A DNA stretch of 63,993 nt, filler included, from Octopus bimaculoides (taxonomy: Eukaryota), in assembly GCF_001194135.2 (NCBI RefSeq). It is 8 parts of 7 records of this genome, joined end to end, with 100 filler letters (N's around TTAATTAATTAA, not from the genome) between each part and the next. Parts side by side here need not be neighbours in the genome. Positions count along the whole stretch, not along the records: positions 1 to 17,042 come from NC_068985.1; positions 17,143 to 31,797 come from NC_068996.1; 6 more parts are not named here. The stretch is one strand, 5' to 3'. Shown piece after piece: positions 13,638 through 26,469 of this stretch. Under the pieces are notes generated by a model. It was not told the DNA's origin and ran no database searches. It was given only the letters and a program-made list of their open reading frames with translations. Position numbers and translations under genes: made by a program. Numbering within the stretch: the first letter of the stretch is position 1; every line of letters begins with the position of its first letter.

Positions 13638-13799
13638 NNNNNNNNNNNNNNNNNNNNNNNNNNNNNNNNNNNNNNNNNNNNNNNNNNNNNNNNNNNNNNN
13701 NNNNNNNNNNNNNNNNNNNNNNNNNNNNNNNNNNNNNNNNNNNNNNNNNNNNNNNNNNNNATGTCTATGTAGTTTTACTAATGTGCGTGTATGTGTGTG

Positions 13800-13965
13800 T
13801 GTGTGTGTGACAGGCTTCCACGTAGTTTCTGTTTACCAGTTTCAATCCCAAAGCATTGGTCGGCCCAGGGTTAAAGTTGATGACACTTTCCCAAGGTGCT
13901 GTGCACTGGGACTGAACCCCAAACCACGTAGTTGCACCGAGTGCTTCTTAATCAAACAAGCTATG
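13800..13965 (-). mobile_element. SINE family A, 5' half (diverged)
   Basis: Reverse complement of the tRNA-like head (GGTTCAGTCCCAGTGCACAGCACCTTGGG). Confidence 0.7.
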
Positions 13966-14283
13966 TCTGCAACTATTTTAAATAAACAATACAATTCATT
14001 ATTAATTAATTAGCAATTAACAAGCTTCTCGGGGGAAAGTTTGGCGTAATTTTTGCTAACAAGTAGAAGAAGAGAAATAGAAACTTCAAATTTCAGATTT
14101 CTGTGTTAAGTGTTGGTCTTGTGGAATAATGAAGAGTCACAGAGTGTATTTGAAGAAATAAGCGGTCTGGTTAAGCAAAAATTAAGTTTAGAGAATTTAT
14201 GGAGCGGGTGCATTAGTTGTTATGACGGAAGAGAATGTAATATTTGATGGGGATGCGGAGGTAAGGACATGTCCTCATTTTGA

Positions 14284-14341
14284 GGTTGAGAAAGAGAGTG
14301 GTTGAGAAAGAGAGTGGTTGAGAAAGAGAGTGGTTGAGAAA
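14284..14341. repeat. 16-bp minisatellite GGTTGAGAAAGAGAGT, about 3.6 copies
   Basis: Direct reading. Confidence 0.85.
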
Positions 14342-14403
14342 ATAGTACTATCACTTCAATCGTAAGATAACAAATAAAAAAAATTCAAAAATTAACACAT
14401 CTT

Positions 14404-14454
<51 letters not shown>

Positions 14455-14930
14455 ATTTGATCAAAGAGTCAAACAAACAGGTTTCTAGGAAAAATGTAAA
14501 TGGCTTAAAAAGCCAAAATAATAATAAAAAAAAAAGGATCGTCATGTTGCCTCACCTCTGGTCAACATTATGAAACAAGATTTTATTGTTTATTGAATAA
14601 ACAATATAGAAAAATATACGTATATATACAGAAAAACAAAACATTGGCGTGGGTGTGAGAGCTTATTTTCGATGTTTTGCTGCAAATTGAGATAACGTGT
14701 CGTAGTAAACTTGTTAATTACGATACGTCCAATTTGTCTAAATTAATTACGATACATCCAATTTGTCTAAATTTGTCTCTACTTTATGTTTGTTATTCTC
14801 CTCCTCTCCCCTCTTCCATTCACCAAACTTAATCAGTTATGCTGTTATTGTTGATTTTCCGTTCAACACAGGCTCATCTTTGACATGTCAATCGTAACGA
14901 CCGCTTTTATCATTTTTATATCATGTTATA

Positions 14931-16005
14931 GGCGTGGGCGTAGTTGCGTGGGTAAGAAGCTGGTTTCACAAACTATGTGGTTTGGGGTTCAGTCACACTG
15001 TACAGCACCTTGGGTAACAAGTGCCTTCTGCCATAGCACCAGGCTGGACCAAAACCTTGTGAGTGGATCTGGTAGACGAAAATTGAAAGAAGCCTAGGAT
15101 CTTGTTCAAAACGGGAGCACCAGTTTTCATTTATGTTTTATGTAGTGTTTTTGGTACCGAAAGACTTTCAAACTTCGTATACTTATCTATTTTGTGTTAT
15201 AGAACAGAAAAAAATTTTGTATTCGAATTTATTTCATGTAAAAAATTGTCTTATTTCGATAATTTCAACCAATCACTGACAAATATTCAGCTGTTTATAC
15301 TTACTCCTTTGGCAGTTTAAGCGGTGTAAAGCGTATTTAATCTCCATTACTTCTGACATTTTGCAGAGAGGCAACACACGTGTGTTCGTTTTCCCTAACC
15401 CNNNNNNNNNNCTAACCCTAATTGACTTGCTCCTTCCCTCAAAAACCAGGCCTTGTGCCTATAATAGAAAGGTTTATTAGCTACTGCCAATATGCTTCAG
15501 CCATTTTTTGACAAGGAAATAATAATTTTATCACCGCCAGAATCGTTTGAGAATCGTTTGTTTACGTAGTCAGCACTTAATGTATTCGGCTGAATGGACG
15601 TCAGTCATTGGTTGAAATTACAGAAATACGACAACTTTAATATGAAATAACTTGCGATGTACGTTTTTTTGTTAAGAAGACTAAGAGAAAAAGATGTTTT
15701 ATATGACACATTCTACCAGTGTCCCAAGTTTCAAAGTGTTTCGTTAAGAAAATACTGGTGCCCCCGTTTTGAACAAGATCCGAAGCCTAATAATATATGT
15801 GTGTGTGAGTGTATTTGTATGTCCACCACCGCTTGATAACCGGTGTTGGTTTCTTTACGTACCCCTAACTTAGCGGTTCAGCAAAACAAGACCGATAGAA
15901 TAAGTACCAGGCTTTGAAAAATAAGTACTGGGGTTGATTAAACCCTTCAAAGCGGTATCCCAGCATGGCTTCAGTCTAATGACTGAATCCAGTAAAAGAT
16001 AAAAT
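14931..16005 (+). mobile_element. SINE family A split by a MITE insertion
   Basis: tRNA-like head at 14931-15096. The body and tail resume at 15790 (CCACCGCTTGATAACCGG...GACTGAATCCAGTAAAAGATAAAA). Confidence 0.85.
15097..15781 (+). mobile_element. Complete telomere-repeat MITE (GG termini, 8-bp TSD; Merlin- or hAT-like)
   Basis: TIRs GGATCTTGTTCAAAACGGG / CCCGTTTTGAACAAGATCC. Perfect TSD GAAGCCTA at 15089-15096 and 15782-15789. CCCTAA core next to a small gap. Confidence 0.9.
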
Positions 16006-16130
16006 ATAGTGTCTAAGATAACGTTATTTAATGTGACCTTTTTGTTTTCAGATGGTAGGATGTGTTTGAAGAAGACTCGAGCGACCATATAAATGCTCCC
16101 ACTTTACCTTGGTAGATATGCCAGAACATA

Positions 16131-16349
16131 CGAAGGGGTGCTGAAAAGTTCCTGGCTTTGGGTAAAGGAAAATACAGGAGGATCAGTTAATTATGATTTT
16201 ATTCAACGTATTCCCCGCTCAGATTCACACACTTATTGCAGCAGTCCTTCCGTTTTTCTGAGACCTGTAAAAGAACTCGGAAGGCTGGGCTTCCAGCCAA
16301 GCCTTTTGCAATATACCCTTAAAGCCAGGAACTTTTCAGCACCTCCTCG
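16131..16349. mobile_element. Mariner-type MITE, 219 bp
   Basis: TA flanks on both sides. TIR of about 29 bp: CGAAGGGGTGCTGAAAAGTTCCTGGCTTT / AAAGCCAGGAACTTTTCAGCACCTCCTCG. Confidence 0.9.
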
Positions 16350-16825
16350 TAGAGTTAAATCAACAACGACATTTATTTCATTCAAGAGATCAAATCTTGT
16401 GACCCACTTTGTTTTTCTTTCTCCAGAGATCTATTACCACAAAACTCAGCACAACGAGTTTCTAATCAATTGAAGTCAATGTGACCTTTTATGTGCTTAC
16501 ATGACTGCTAGAAATATCAACTAAGTCTCCTTCAAAATATACTCTATTGTCTCTTGAAATTATATTCCGCAGTCTTTAAAAAAAAACCTCATTAGGTAAT
16601 GCAGTCCTAGATACAATGTCTGAATAAAAGATATTTACAGTCTCAGTGCCTTTAATCATAGGGCTGACCTACGGTTAAGCAACAATTAATTTCTGCCAGT
16701 TTGTGTTTACGTCTGCGTGACCGAGGTGATTGACAGTTGATTCACACACCTCAGGTCTGTTTTCAATACACAAACCCATGATCTCTCAGATAGTTCACCA
16801 TTCTACCAGTATACAACATTAGACA

Positions 16826-16882
<57 letters not shown>

Positions 16883-17000
16883 ACAGACACACACACTTTT
16901 TCACTCCTTCTCTCTTTTTCTGTGTGTGTGTGTGTATACATATACCTGAACATACATGCATATATGTACATATACCTATGTTTTTATATATACATACATG

Positions 17001-17042
<42 letters not shown>

Positions 17043-17086
17043 NNNNNNNNNNNNNNNNNNNNNNNNNNNNNNNNNNNNNNNNNNNN

Positions 17087-17098
17087 TTAATTAATTAA
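17087..17098. other. Assembly spacer: 44 N + TTAATTAATTAA + 44 N (also at 31842, 49981, 54511, 57881, 60960, 62930)
   Basis: The same 100-bp construct occurs seven times and has stop codons in all six frames. It is an artefact marking gaps of unknown size. Confidence 0.95.
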
Positions 17099-17852
17099 NN
17101 NNNNNNNNNNNNNNNNNNNNNNNNNNNNNNNNNNNNNNNNNNTATATATATATATGTATGTATGTATGATATCCAGATACATATGTATGTATATATACAC
17201 TTGTCTGTATGTATATGTATGTACATTCTGTAACCTGACACATATAGTTTATATGCTAGCGATGTGTTTCATCCGTAATACTCAACAAATATTCGTTTCA
17301 ATCATGAATCATTTGGGTCTTTGATAAGAATTATTAATGGGGTGAATTAAATGGGAAAGAGTGAATTTCTTATACACACCAAAGAGAAACAGAACATCTA
17401 TGACGTTGAATGTACTAAATTTTTCGCTATATAACTTTTTGTTTCGTGGCAAATAGCTCTCATATGGCAACGTATATAAGAGAGCGTCTTCCCTGCTGCG
17501 TGGCCTGCAGTACAAGGCTTTCAGTTACGTGAGGATATAACTGCATGTGAAGATATAAATGCACAGAAAAAAGAGATGCATTTTAGTATTTGTTTTGATG
17601 AAATTGTTTTCGAGGTGAAACCTTCAGAAAGTGCTTAACATTGTTGGACTAGTTCTCTAGGGCTAAATATATAAATAAAATATATGCCATGTTATCTTGT
17701 AGCAAAGTCTTCGTCTTCATAATGTCTTATCTATATCTGTCATAGGCAGAATATAAAAAAACAATACTTCTGTGGCCAGCAAGACAATGCGATAAGTTTC
17801 GTGGGTTAGAATATAAAACCGCCCAGAACACAACAATGTATATTCAACCAAA

Positions 17853-18162
17853 GTGGAGGCATGTGGCCTAGTGGTTAGAGCAGCGGACTCACTCACGGTC
17901 GAGGGATCGTGGGTCCGAATCTCAGAACGAGTGATGTGTGTGTTTATGAGCGAAACACCTAAGCCCCACACGGCCCCGACAGAAGGTAATGGTGAACTTC
18001 TGCTGACTCTTTCGCCACAACTTTCTCTCACTCTTTCCTCCTGTACCTAGAAGTTCACCTGCGACGGACCGGCATCCCGTCCAGGTGGGGAATCTATACG
18101 CCAATGAAACCGAGAAACCGGCCCTTATGAGCCAGGCATAGCTCGAGAAGGAACAAACGAAC
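17853..18162 (+). mobile_element. Full-length tRNA-derived SINE family C
   Basis: Perfect A-box TGGCCTAGTGG and a B-box-like GGTCCGAATCTC. 13-bp TSD ATATTCAACCAAA at 17840-17852 and 18163-18175. The 3' part CTGCGACGGACCGGCATCCCGTCCAGG resembles V-SINE-type sequence (from memory). Confidence 0.85.
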
Positions 18163-19266
18163 ATATTCAACCAAATGGAAAATATGTGTGTGCGTGTGTG
18201 TGTGTGTGTGTGTATGTATATCGCAATTTTTGTATCATTCTAAGTATATACATTCCGTTAGTAGTCATGATGCTGTAGAATTATCTGTGACAAAATCTCT
18301 TCATGGGCTATTTGGGTTAAAAATAAAATATAGATCGAAACGAGATGAACATTATCACAGCAATGACTCGGGAACGACAGAAACGTTTAACCTTTCTCGG
18401 AGCTTGTCAGTTCTATGCGTCTGATTGTCACCTGCTTAAACGAAATTCGTATTGCGGAAGCTTCACTCTCTCCTATATATCGAAACAAGAATTTTTAAAC
18501 AGAAGACAATCGGGTGCACGTAATTAACAATTCTCAAGAAAGAGCAAAACACTTCTGTCGCTCTCGTGAGATACAGCAATGATGATGTTCTTCACGTTTC
18601 GATTTATATTGTTTGAACAAAGCAAGTTTATCAAGAGATTTTATCACTGACAATTTCACAGCATCATAACGGTGTGTACATATTTGGTATGATATAAGAT
18701 TGTGGTTTTAATTTAATGCTGACTGCATTGCGTACACCGATATATTTATATATTAAATTGAAATCACGATCTTGTATCATACCAAATATGTACACACTAT
18801 TACGCTGCTGTGAAATTATCTATACATACATATAAACATACATACATACAGATATATATATATATTAAATGAATCTGCATGTGTGATGTGTGTGTGTGTG
18901 TGTGTGTGTATNNNNNNNNNNNNNNNNNNNNNNNNNNNNNNNNNNNNNNNNNNNNNNNNNNNNNNNNNNNNNNNNNNNNNNNNNNNNNNNNNNNNNNNNN
19001 NNNNNNNNNNNNNNNNNNNNNNNNNNNNNNNNNNNNNNNNNNNNNNNNNNNNNNNNNNNNNNNNNNNNNNNNNNNNNNNNNNNNNNNNNNNNNNNNNNNN
19101 NNNNNNNNNNNNNNNNNNNNNNNNNNNNNNNNNNNNNNNNNNNNNNNNNNNNNNNNNNNNNNNNNNNNNNNNNNNNNNNNNNNNNNNNNNNNNNNNNNNN
19201 NNNNNNNNNNNNNNNNNNNNNNNNNNNNNNNNNNNNNNNNNNNNNNNNNATATATATATATATATA

Positions 19267-19350
19267 GTGGAGGCACAATGGCCCAGTGGTTAGGGCAGCG
19301 TACTCGCGGTCATAGGATCGCGGTTTCGATTCCCAGACTGGGCGTTGTTA
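19267..19350 (+). mobile_element. SINE family C-like tRNA head, truncated
   Basis: GTGGAGGC...TGGCCCAGTGG...GGTTTCGATTCCC. Confidence 0.7.
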
Positions 19351-19454
19351 GTGTAAACGCGTTTTCTACTATTAGAAGCAGTCTTGGAACTCTTGTAAAG
19401 TAAAGCCTTTTAATGCCTTCGTTATCGTTTTCTTCCCCTCTTCCACATCTGCAA

Positions 19455-19950
19455 ATTCCATAGTTCTAGCTTTCATCACCAGTGATGACCTTCAAAAAAA
19501 GGTCTGGATCAACTTCCAACTGTTCTTTCAGTTCATGACATACATTCACTCGTGACTGCTCTTCATCTTCCATGAGCAAGCGAGGCACAAATTTTGCTGC
19601 AGCTCTTTTCATTCGCAATTCCTCGCTCAAAATTCGTTGGTAGGAGCTCCAAGACGCACGAGTTACATCAACAAGTCCGTCAATTGTTCAATGATGGTCC
19701 TCCAAGATCAGTTCACGAATTTTCTTGATGTTTTCATTCGTTCGGGAGGTCGACGGTCGCCCTGAACGAGGTTAGTCTTCAAGTGACAAGTGACCATTTC
19801 TAAAGCGTGAAGACCTCTCGTAAGCTTGTGTTTTGCTCATGACAGCGTCCTTGTAAGCTATTTGAAGCATGAAACTCATTTCGGCCGCCGTTTTCCCCAA
19901 AAGAAAACAGAATTTCACGGAACATGCTGTTCCTTCATTTCAGATATCGC
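19455..19950 (-). mobile_element. Mariner transposase N-terminal pseudogene fragment
   Basis: VKFCFLLGKTAAE...PRSGRPSTS...AAKFVPRLL...KVITGDES with in-frame stops. Confidence 0.85.
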
Positions 19951-20149
19951 AAAAATCAACAAACGAAGGAGAAGCACTGCAAAAGAAAGACGCACCACAT
20001 GGCAATAGGACTACACCAGGTGACGCTGGTCGACAGACTGATGCCCGAGGGTCGCATCAAGTGGCTACTAGGTGGTGGAAACCCGAACTACAACAGGCTT
20101 GTCTCACAGAGAACGTTTCCGGTTACTTTTGGGTACCTCGTCGTATATA

Positions 20150-20515
20150 TCTTCATGGACTGCAGCCATGTTGGGGCACCACTTTGAAGGGTTTAGTCAA
20201 ATAAATCCACCCCAGGGCTTAATTTTAAAATCTGGTATTTGTCCAATCGGTTTCTTTATCAAACTGCTAAGTTACAGTGCGTAAACAAACACCGGTTGTC
20301 AGTTGGTGGTAGGGGACTAATACATGCACAAAGACACACACAGACACATACACACATATATATATATACGACGAGTTCTTTCAGTTTTCGTCTGTCAAAT
20401 CCACTTAGAGGACAACGATCAGCCCAGGGTTATATTGGAAGACACTACGTCTTGGGACTTAAGCTGTAACCACGTGGTTAGGAAGCTAACTTCTTAGCAC
20501 AGATCTACACCTGCT
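20150..20515 (-). mobile_element. SINE family A (diverged)
   Basis: Collinear with the reverse complement of 14931-16005 after removing the MITE. Confidence 0.75.
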
Positions 20516-20751
20516 CTTCTTTCCTCTATAACGCAATTACTATCTAATATGTAACATTAAATCTTGTATGCCACTAAATATCTCATGAAATACGAGTACA
20601 TGTGCACCACATATATACCTTATCAGGAAAATAAGAGACGATGGAAACAATTCAACTGCATACAGTCGTCCCATATATAGTAATAGAACAACCCTAAACA
20701 AATTGGGGAGAACATCATATATTGAAGAACATAACAACACATCGAAGATAT

Positions 20752-21184
20752 GGCGGCGAGCTGGCAAAATGCTTAGCGGCACTTCGTCTGTCTTTACGTT
20801 CCGAGTTCAAATGCCGCCGAGGTCGACTTTGCCTGCCATCCTCTCGGGATCGATAAATTAAGTACCAGTTTCGCACTGGGGTCGATGTAATCAACTCATT
20901 CCAAGTTGCTGTCATTGTGGCAAAATTTGAAACCATTATTATTATTATTAATGTGGCGAGCTGGCAGAATCGTTAGCATGTCAAGGGAAATGCTTAGCGT
21001 TATTTTGCCCGTCTCTACGTTCTGAGTTCAAATTCAGCCGAGGTCGACTTTGCGTTTCATCCTTTCGGGGTCGATTCAATAAGTACCAGTTGAGTATTGA
21101 GGTCGATGCAATCGACTAGCACCCTCCCCTGAAATTTCTAGATTTGTGCCAAAATCTGAAACTATCATTATTGTTATTATTATT

Positions 21185-21217
<33 letters not shown>

Positions 21218-21410
21218 ATTATTTAGCATGCTGAGCAAAACGCGGCATTTCGTCCGTCTTTACGTTCTGAGTTAAATTTCCCCCGTGGTCGACTTTGTCT
21301 TTCATCCTTTCGGGGGTCGATAAAATAAGTTCCAGTGAAACACTAGGGTCGAACCTATTTCCTTCCTCCGAATTGCTGGCTTTGTGCAAGAATTTTAAAC
21401 CAATAATACA
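20752..21410 (+). mobile_element. Three tandem SINE family B copies
   Basis: Heads at 20752, 20953 and about 21221, separated by (ATT/GTT)n tails. Confidence 0.85.
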
Positions 21411-22074
21411 TTCAAGCTGAATCAAACAAGGGAATATAGAAACAATGACAATAGCATGTCGATAATAACGATTATAATTTAAATAANNNNNNNNNNNNNN
21501 NNNNNNNNNNNNNNNNNNNNNNNNNNNNNNNNNNNNNNNNNNNNNNNNNNNNNNNNNNNNNNNNNNNNNNNNNNNNNNNNNNNNNNNNNNNNNNNNNNNN
21601 NNNNNNNNNNNNNNNNNNNNNNNNNNNNNNNNNNNNNNNNNNNNNNNNNNNNNNNNNNNNNNNNNNNNNNNNNNNNNNNNNNNNNNNNNNNNNNNNNNNN
21701 NNNNNNNNNNNNNNNNNNNNNNNNNNNNNNNNNNNNNNNNNNNNNNNNNNNNNNNNNNNNNNNNNNNNNNNNNNNNNNNNNNNNNNNNNNNNNNNNNNNN
21801 NNNNNNNNNNNNNNNNNNNNNNNNNNNNNNNNNNNNNNNNNNNNNNNNNNNNNNNNNNNNNNNNNNNNNNNNNNNNNNNNNNNNCTAGTTCTTAATAAAC
21901 GAAATTAAACAAAAAATGAACATAATTTATTATTGCTTATTACACCAATGTATTAATAGTAACTAATACTTATATTAATTAAACAATGAACCAATTAAAA
22001 TGAAAATCACCAAACGAAAAATGATGATCGATAATTACTCAGCTAACATACGTGTTGCTTGTAACAAGAGCAGC

Positions 22075-22360
22075 ATATATACATACATGTATACATACAT
22101 GCATACATACATACATACATACATACATACGTACATACATACATACATACATGCATACATGCATACATGCATACATACATACATACATACATACATACAT
22201 ACAAACATACATACGTATATACATACATACATACATACGTATATACATACATCAGTACATACATGCATGCATACATACATACATGCATGCATACGTACAT
22301 GCTTACATACATACATACATACATACCTTCACATACATACATACACACATACATACGTAC
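22075..22360. repeat. Long (CATA)n microsatellite
   Basis: Direct reading. Confidence 0.95.
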
Positions 22361-23182
22361 TTAATAGCTATATACACATACAAACACACACACACACATG
22401 CACACTCACACACGTATATTACGCATGTGCTTAATGCTTTTGGCATATACAAAACTTAATCTAAAAACGGTTCGCGCTATAAATATATTTTTTACGAAGC
22501 AATTCAGACTCTTAATTCTTCATAATATACTGTCTGTTGGTATGAGTTGAAAGCTCTAGGATCAACCGTTGTCGAAAATCTGAACCAGAAACTCGGTGAA
22601 TCCCAGAGCAGCGGTTGTGTCGTAAATGCTTTAATATCATAATGAACTGTTGCTAGACGCGGTTGCTCACCAAAGAGGTGAAAGAAAGTAAGTCAAATTT
22701 TGACTTAATTTCTTAGTTGCCTGTATTTTGAAATACAATTCTCATTCCGATTGACTGTGTTCAGAAATGAGTCCAAGGACGTTTCATGAACGTTTATTAC
22801 GAAGCTTGTTAGTTTGAGGACTTTCGACGTTATTTTTCAATAATGAGTAAGTCTCTTGAATATGGCAGAAGGTACCAGGTGGATAGAGTTTTTGATTTGG
22901 CGAAAATATAAAAGATCAAGTTTTCTATGAAAAAAGAAATGAGAAAAATTATTGATTGTCTCCATTGTGTAATGAAATAAGGACTTGTGTGTCCCCATGA
23001 CTTAGATTAAAGATTTTGTTTTTTTCATACGAAAGTTTATCTTTGATTCAACGAAAACAGCATGCTATATGTATGTATGTACGTCTGTATGTAATTAGGT
23101 ATGTATGTGTGTAATTATGTATGTATGTAGATGTATGTAGATGTATGTATGTATGTACGTACGTAAGTATGTACGTATGTAT

Positions 23183-26100
23183 CTCCTGTTTTTAATTATT
23201 TGAATTCTTCCTCTGAGGAGCTAGTTTCTGATAAAGACACAAAAGCCCCATAAGTGAAATGTAGATAACAAAAATGAAAACCACATCACATTTTAAACTT
23301 GGAGAAAGTCTTGCATATTTTTGCTGTTCCGCTTACAGATTGTAATTGTGATGTGCGAATTGGTTGCTTTCTTTTTCTGAAAATCCAAACTTATCCAGAC
23401 TGACAGTTCGGCATTTACTTATAAAACCAAGTACACCAGCTATTATCGGTACAAGCGTAAGTTTGTAATCTGGATATAGAAGTTGGAGATTTCGCAGCAA
23501 TTGCTCATAGTCATCCTCTTTCTGATTTTCAAGTAGATATTCACATCACCGAGATAGCTAACCTCTATGGCAATACATACTTTTTCATATCTGTTCCAAG
23601 CAACAATATCTGGTGTGTTATGTTTACACCCGACAGATGTTTTGATGGAAATGTTCCACTAATATTCCTTGTTTTAATGTTTATGAATGTATTCAGTAAC
23701 AGGGGAATTCCCTATACTAATTCAAGGGAAGTAATTTTTTTGAATGACATTACATATTTTAACGACAACGTTGTGTCGCACTGGGATATGACATTTTTGG
23801 GCAGTTGCTAATCAGATGTGTGATGTATTTTTCAGAAATAAGGCATAATCAACGTTATCGGTTGCATCTCGTTGCTCCAAGGTCTTTATCACAGTCTCTT
23901 TTGTTTATTTGGTATTTTGTAACAATCTTCTGTTCTTGGATTACAAGTGCATAGCCTTCGAAGTGTAATGTAGAGGTCACCGGTTTAAGAGAGGCTTTCA
24001 CTTCATGTCAATATTACTGTCTTTTTTAAGCCTTCGGGAAACATAGCCACGCATAGTCGTTTTACGGTATGTTGAGCATTTCACATCCAAGTCTTTCAGG
24101 TATGTTAGTCCGGCTGTTTTGGAGTTGCAATGGAGGTCATCAGAGAGAGAGAGAGAGTGGGGGAGAGAAAGGTAGAGAGAGGGAAAGAGATAGTAGGATG
24201 GAGGAACAGAGAGAAAGGGGGGGGGGAGAGAGAGAGAGAGAGAGAGAGTAATCCTGTCGAGCTCACTGTGGATACAAGGGATGTTTTCTTCGCTTTTCAA
24301 CTATGTTTATGCATTTATTTTTTGCTGTTGTTTAGCAAATGCTGTTTGAAAAAGACTATACGACATTCGAAGTGAGTCTGCACTGGTCTCAGACCTTTAC
24401 CTCCCTTATCTGTTCATAAGTAGAGCCTATCGATGTCACTGTTTCTGTCGAAGTTTCCAGATGATGTCAGGATCTTGTGGATTTTAATGTCTATAGAATG
24501 GCTTTCCTCCACAGACTACTCAAGTATTCCTAATGTTGGAATCAGCACTGGTACTGCAAATGTATTGTGAAATATGTAAGAGGAGAGTTCTAGCAGCAAT
24601 ATTTTTCTCAGTCTAACGCAATATTTTCGGGTCACTCTCTCTTTATTCATGGCATCTTCGTATGATAGGTTTTCATCAATGCCTAGGTATTTGTAGCATT
24701 CTTTGTGTGGAACAGGAGCCGTAGAGAGACTTTTGATGCACAGGTTTTGCGCTTAGGGAACTGATTTCTTACGATCAAAAATCAAATATGAACATTTCTT
24801 TGACCAAGTTCCATTCCTATGTCAGCTGAAAATGCTTTTTAACTCCAGCAGTTTTTGACATTATTAATATTTTTAGCATATATCTTCAAGTTTACATTAA
24901 TTGCAGATTCTAATATTTAGCCCTTTGACTTTTGTGAATAGAATTAGAGAAAGACACTCTCCCTGGAATATTCCCATCGAAATATTTAAAACATTAGATA
25001 CGATCGTTCTGCTTATAGTTGTAAGTTTGAGAATTGTTGCCCAGATTTTGTGAGTCTTTCAAAGGCAGGAACTAAGGTAACAGATACTTTTGTCAAGTAT
25101 AGACACTTCAAGAGCCATGAGAGGGGAATAGAATCGAGTATTTTCCATAACCAAATCATACTGTCATAAGGTTTCTGCAATATTTTCTTCGAAAAGCTCA
25201 GCTTTGTTTATCAAAACTTGTACGGCATATCCCTCTACTCTCTTCTTTCCACCTATCTGCTCATCAGGTTCGCAATGTTCCAAGAAGAATTGATTGAAAC
25301 AGTTTGTGTACGGTTTGAACATAATACTTAAGCAAGCAATGGGCCTATAGTTTTCTACCAACTCGGTTGTTTCATTCTTGGTTACAAGATTCGTCCGTGC
25401 AATAACAAGCTAATTTGGTGCGTCAATCTGACCTTCCATAGTCGTTTTGAATATACAAATTAATGGTTTTCTGTAAAATGTCAGCTTCTTTTTACTAATA
25501 TCCAACTTTTAGGTCTCTTTCAAGCACATTTTTATTATGCTGCGTGCTCATAGCTATAGTGAAGGTTTCTGGGTCACTTGCGTATATTTTACTGTCGATG
25601 CTGGTACAATATTCTCTCCTAACTGTAATTAAGCACAATGCATTAAGGCTGAGATCTTTCTTTTCATTCTAGAGTTTAGAGTAGAATGATTCGAGACCTT
25701 CATAAGAAGAGGCTGACATAATAGTAATGTTTTCATTCTTCATCTCTCTGTACAATGCCCATGGTCCAGAAACAAACTTGTGATTTATACCGGATCGTTC
25801 AAGGATTCTCCTACGGTAGTGAAGCTTTTCGCTCAGCCTCCTGAGTTCGTGCTTTAGAGCAATCAGCTTTATCTCCAGAGTTTGGTGTGAGGAGTTATCC
25901 TAGAGTTTTGTTAATTTATGCATAAGATGTAACTGGTGAAGTATGAAGTCATTATTCCCCTTATATTTTACTATCGCGGTTAACCAGTCAATATGGCGGC
26001 GCAGATTGCTGAAGCTTTCATCAATTTTCGTTTTCCACCTAGGTTGTTTCCGTTTAGTAATCTCATTACTATGTATACTGCAAATATCTCCTAGGTGTTC

Positions 26101-26440
26101 TTTAAAAGTGATAGCAGCTGTGTATATGGAGGTATTAATATTCTTGTAATTAATATCACATGATTCCATGGGTTCTCTGGCAACATCATCGATAACGTTA
26201 AGGTAGTTGGATTTTTCATTAATCTTGTTGAGAACGTATGTCGCTCAACCATGTCTGCATGCATGTATGTTTTCTTTTGAGATTTATTGAAGTTCTTAAT
26301 GGAGTTCAAAACGGTTGCTATCAAAGTGACAAAACTTTGAGTTAAGACTGTTCCCGAGGTTTGTAAATACGTGGTTGTATTAGTGTGTGTATACAGAAAG
26401 GTGTATGTACCTGCATTTATGTTTTGTGTGAACATATCTC
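23183..26440 (-). mobile_element. R4/Dong-like RLE non-LTR retrotransposon, degenerate copy 1 (RT + CCHC + RLE + 3'UTR)
   Basis: Motifs NYRPIACL, IFQG, YKYLGIDENL, DIDRLYL..KGGKGL, HFEGYALVIQEQ, LC...HLISNCPKM and the RLE motif HNTPDIV...IEVS...LQLLYPDY...ICKTF. The 3' end abuts (TATG)n. Many stops. Confidence 0.88.
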
Positions 26441-26469
26441 TTTAGTAATTAGGAGTTTGAGCGCGTAAT

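Noticed and set aside
17853-17930. tRNA-like sequences with A/B boxes (also 19267, 61017 and SINE A/B heads)
   Set aside because: They continue into SINE bodies, one has a TSD, and none shows a complete cloverleaf. They are SINE heads, not tRNA genes.
23212-23270. CTGAGGA...GAAA resembling a second hammerhead
   Set aside because: Stem I does not pair convincingly, and the motif lies antisense within the Dong-like 3'UTR
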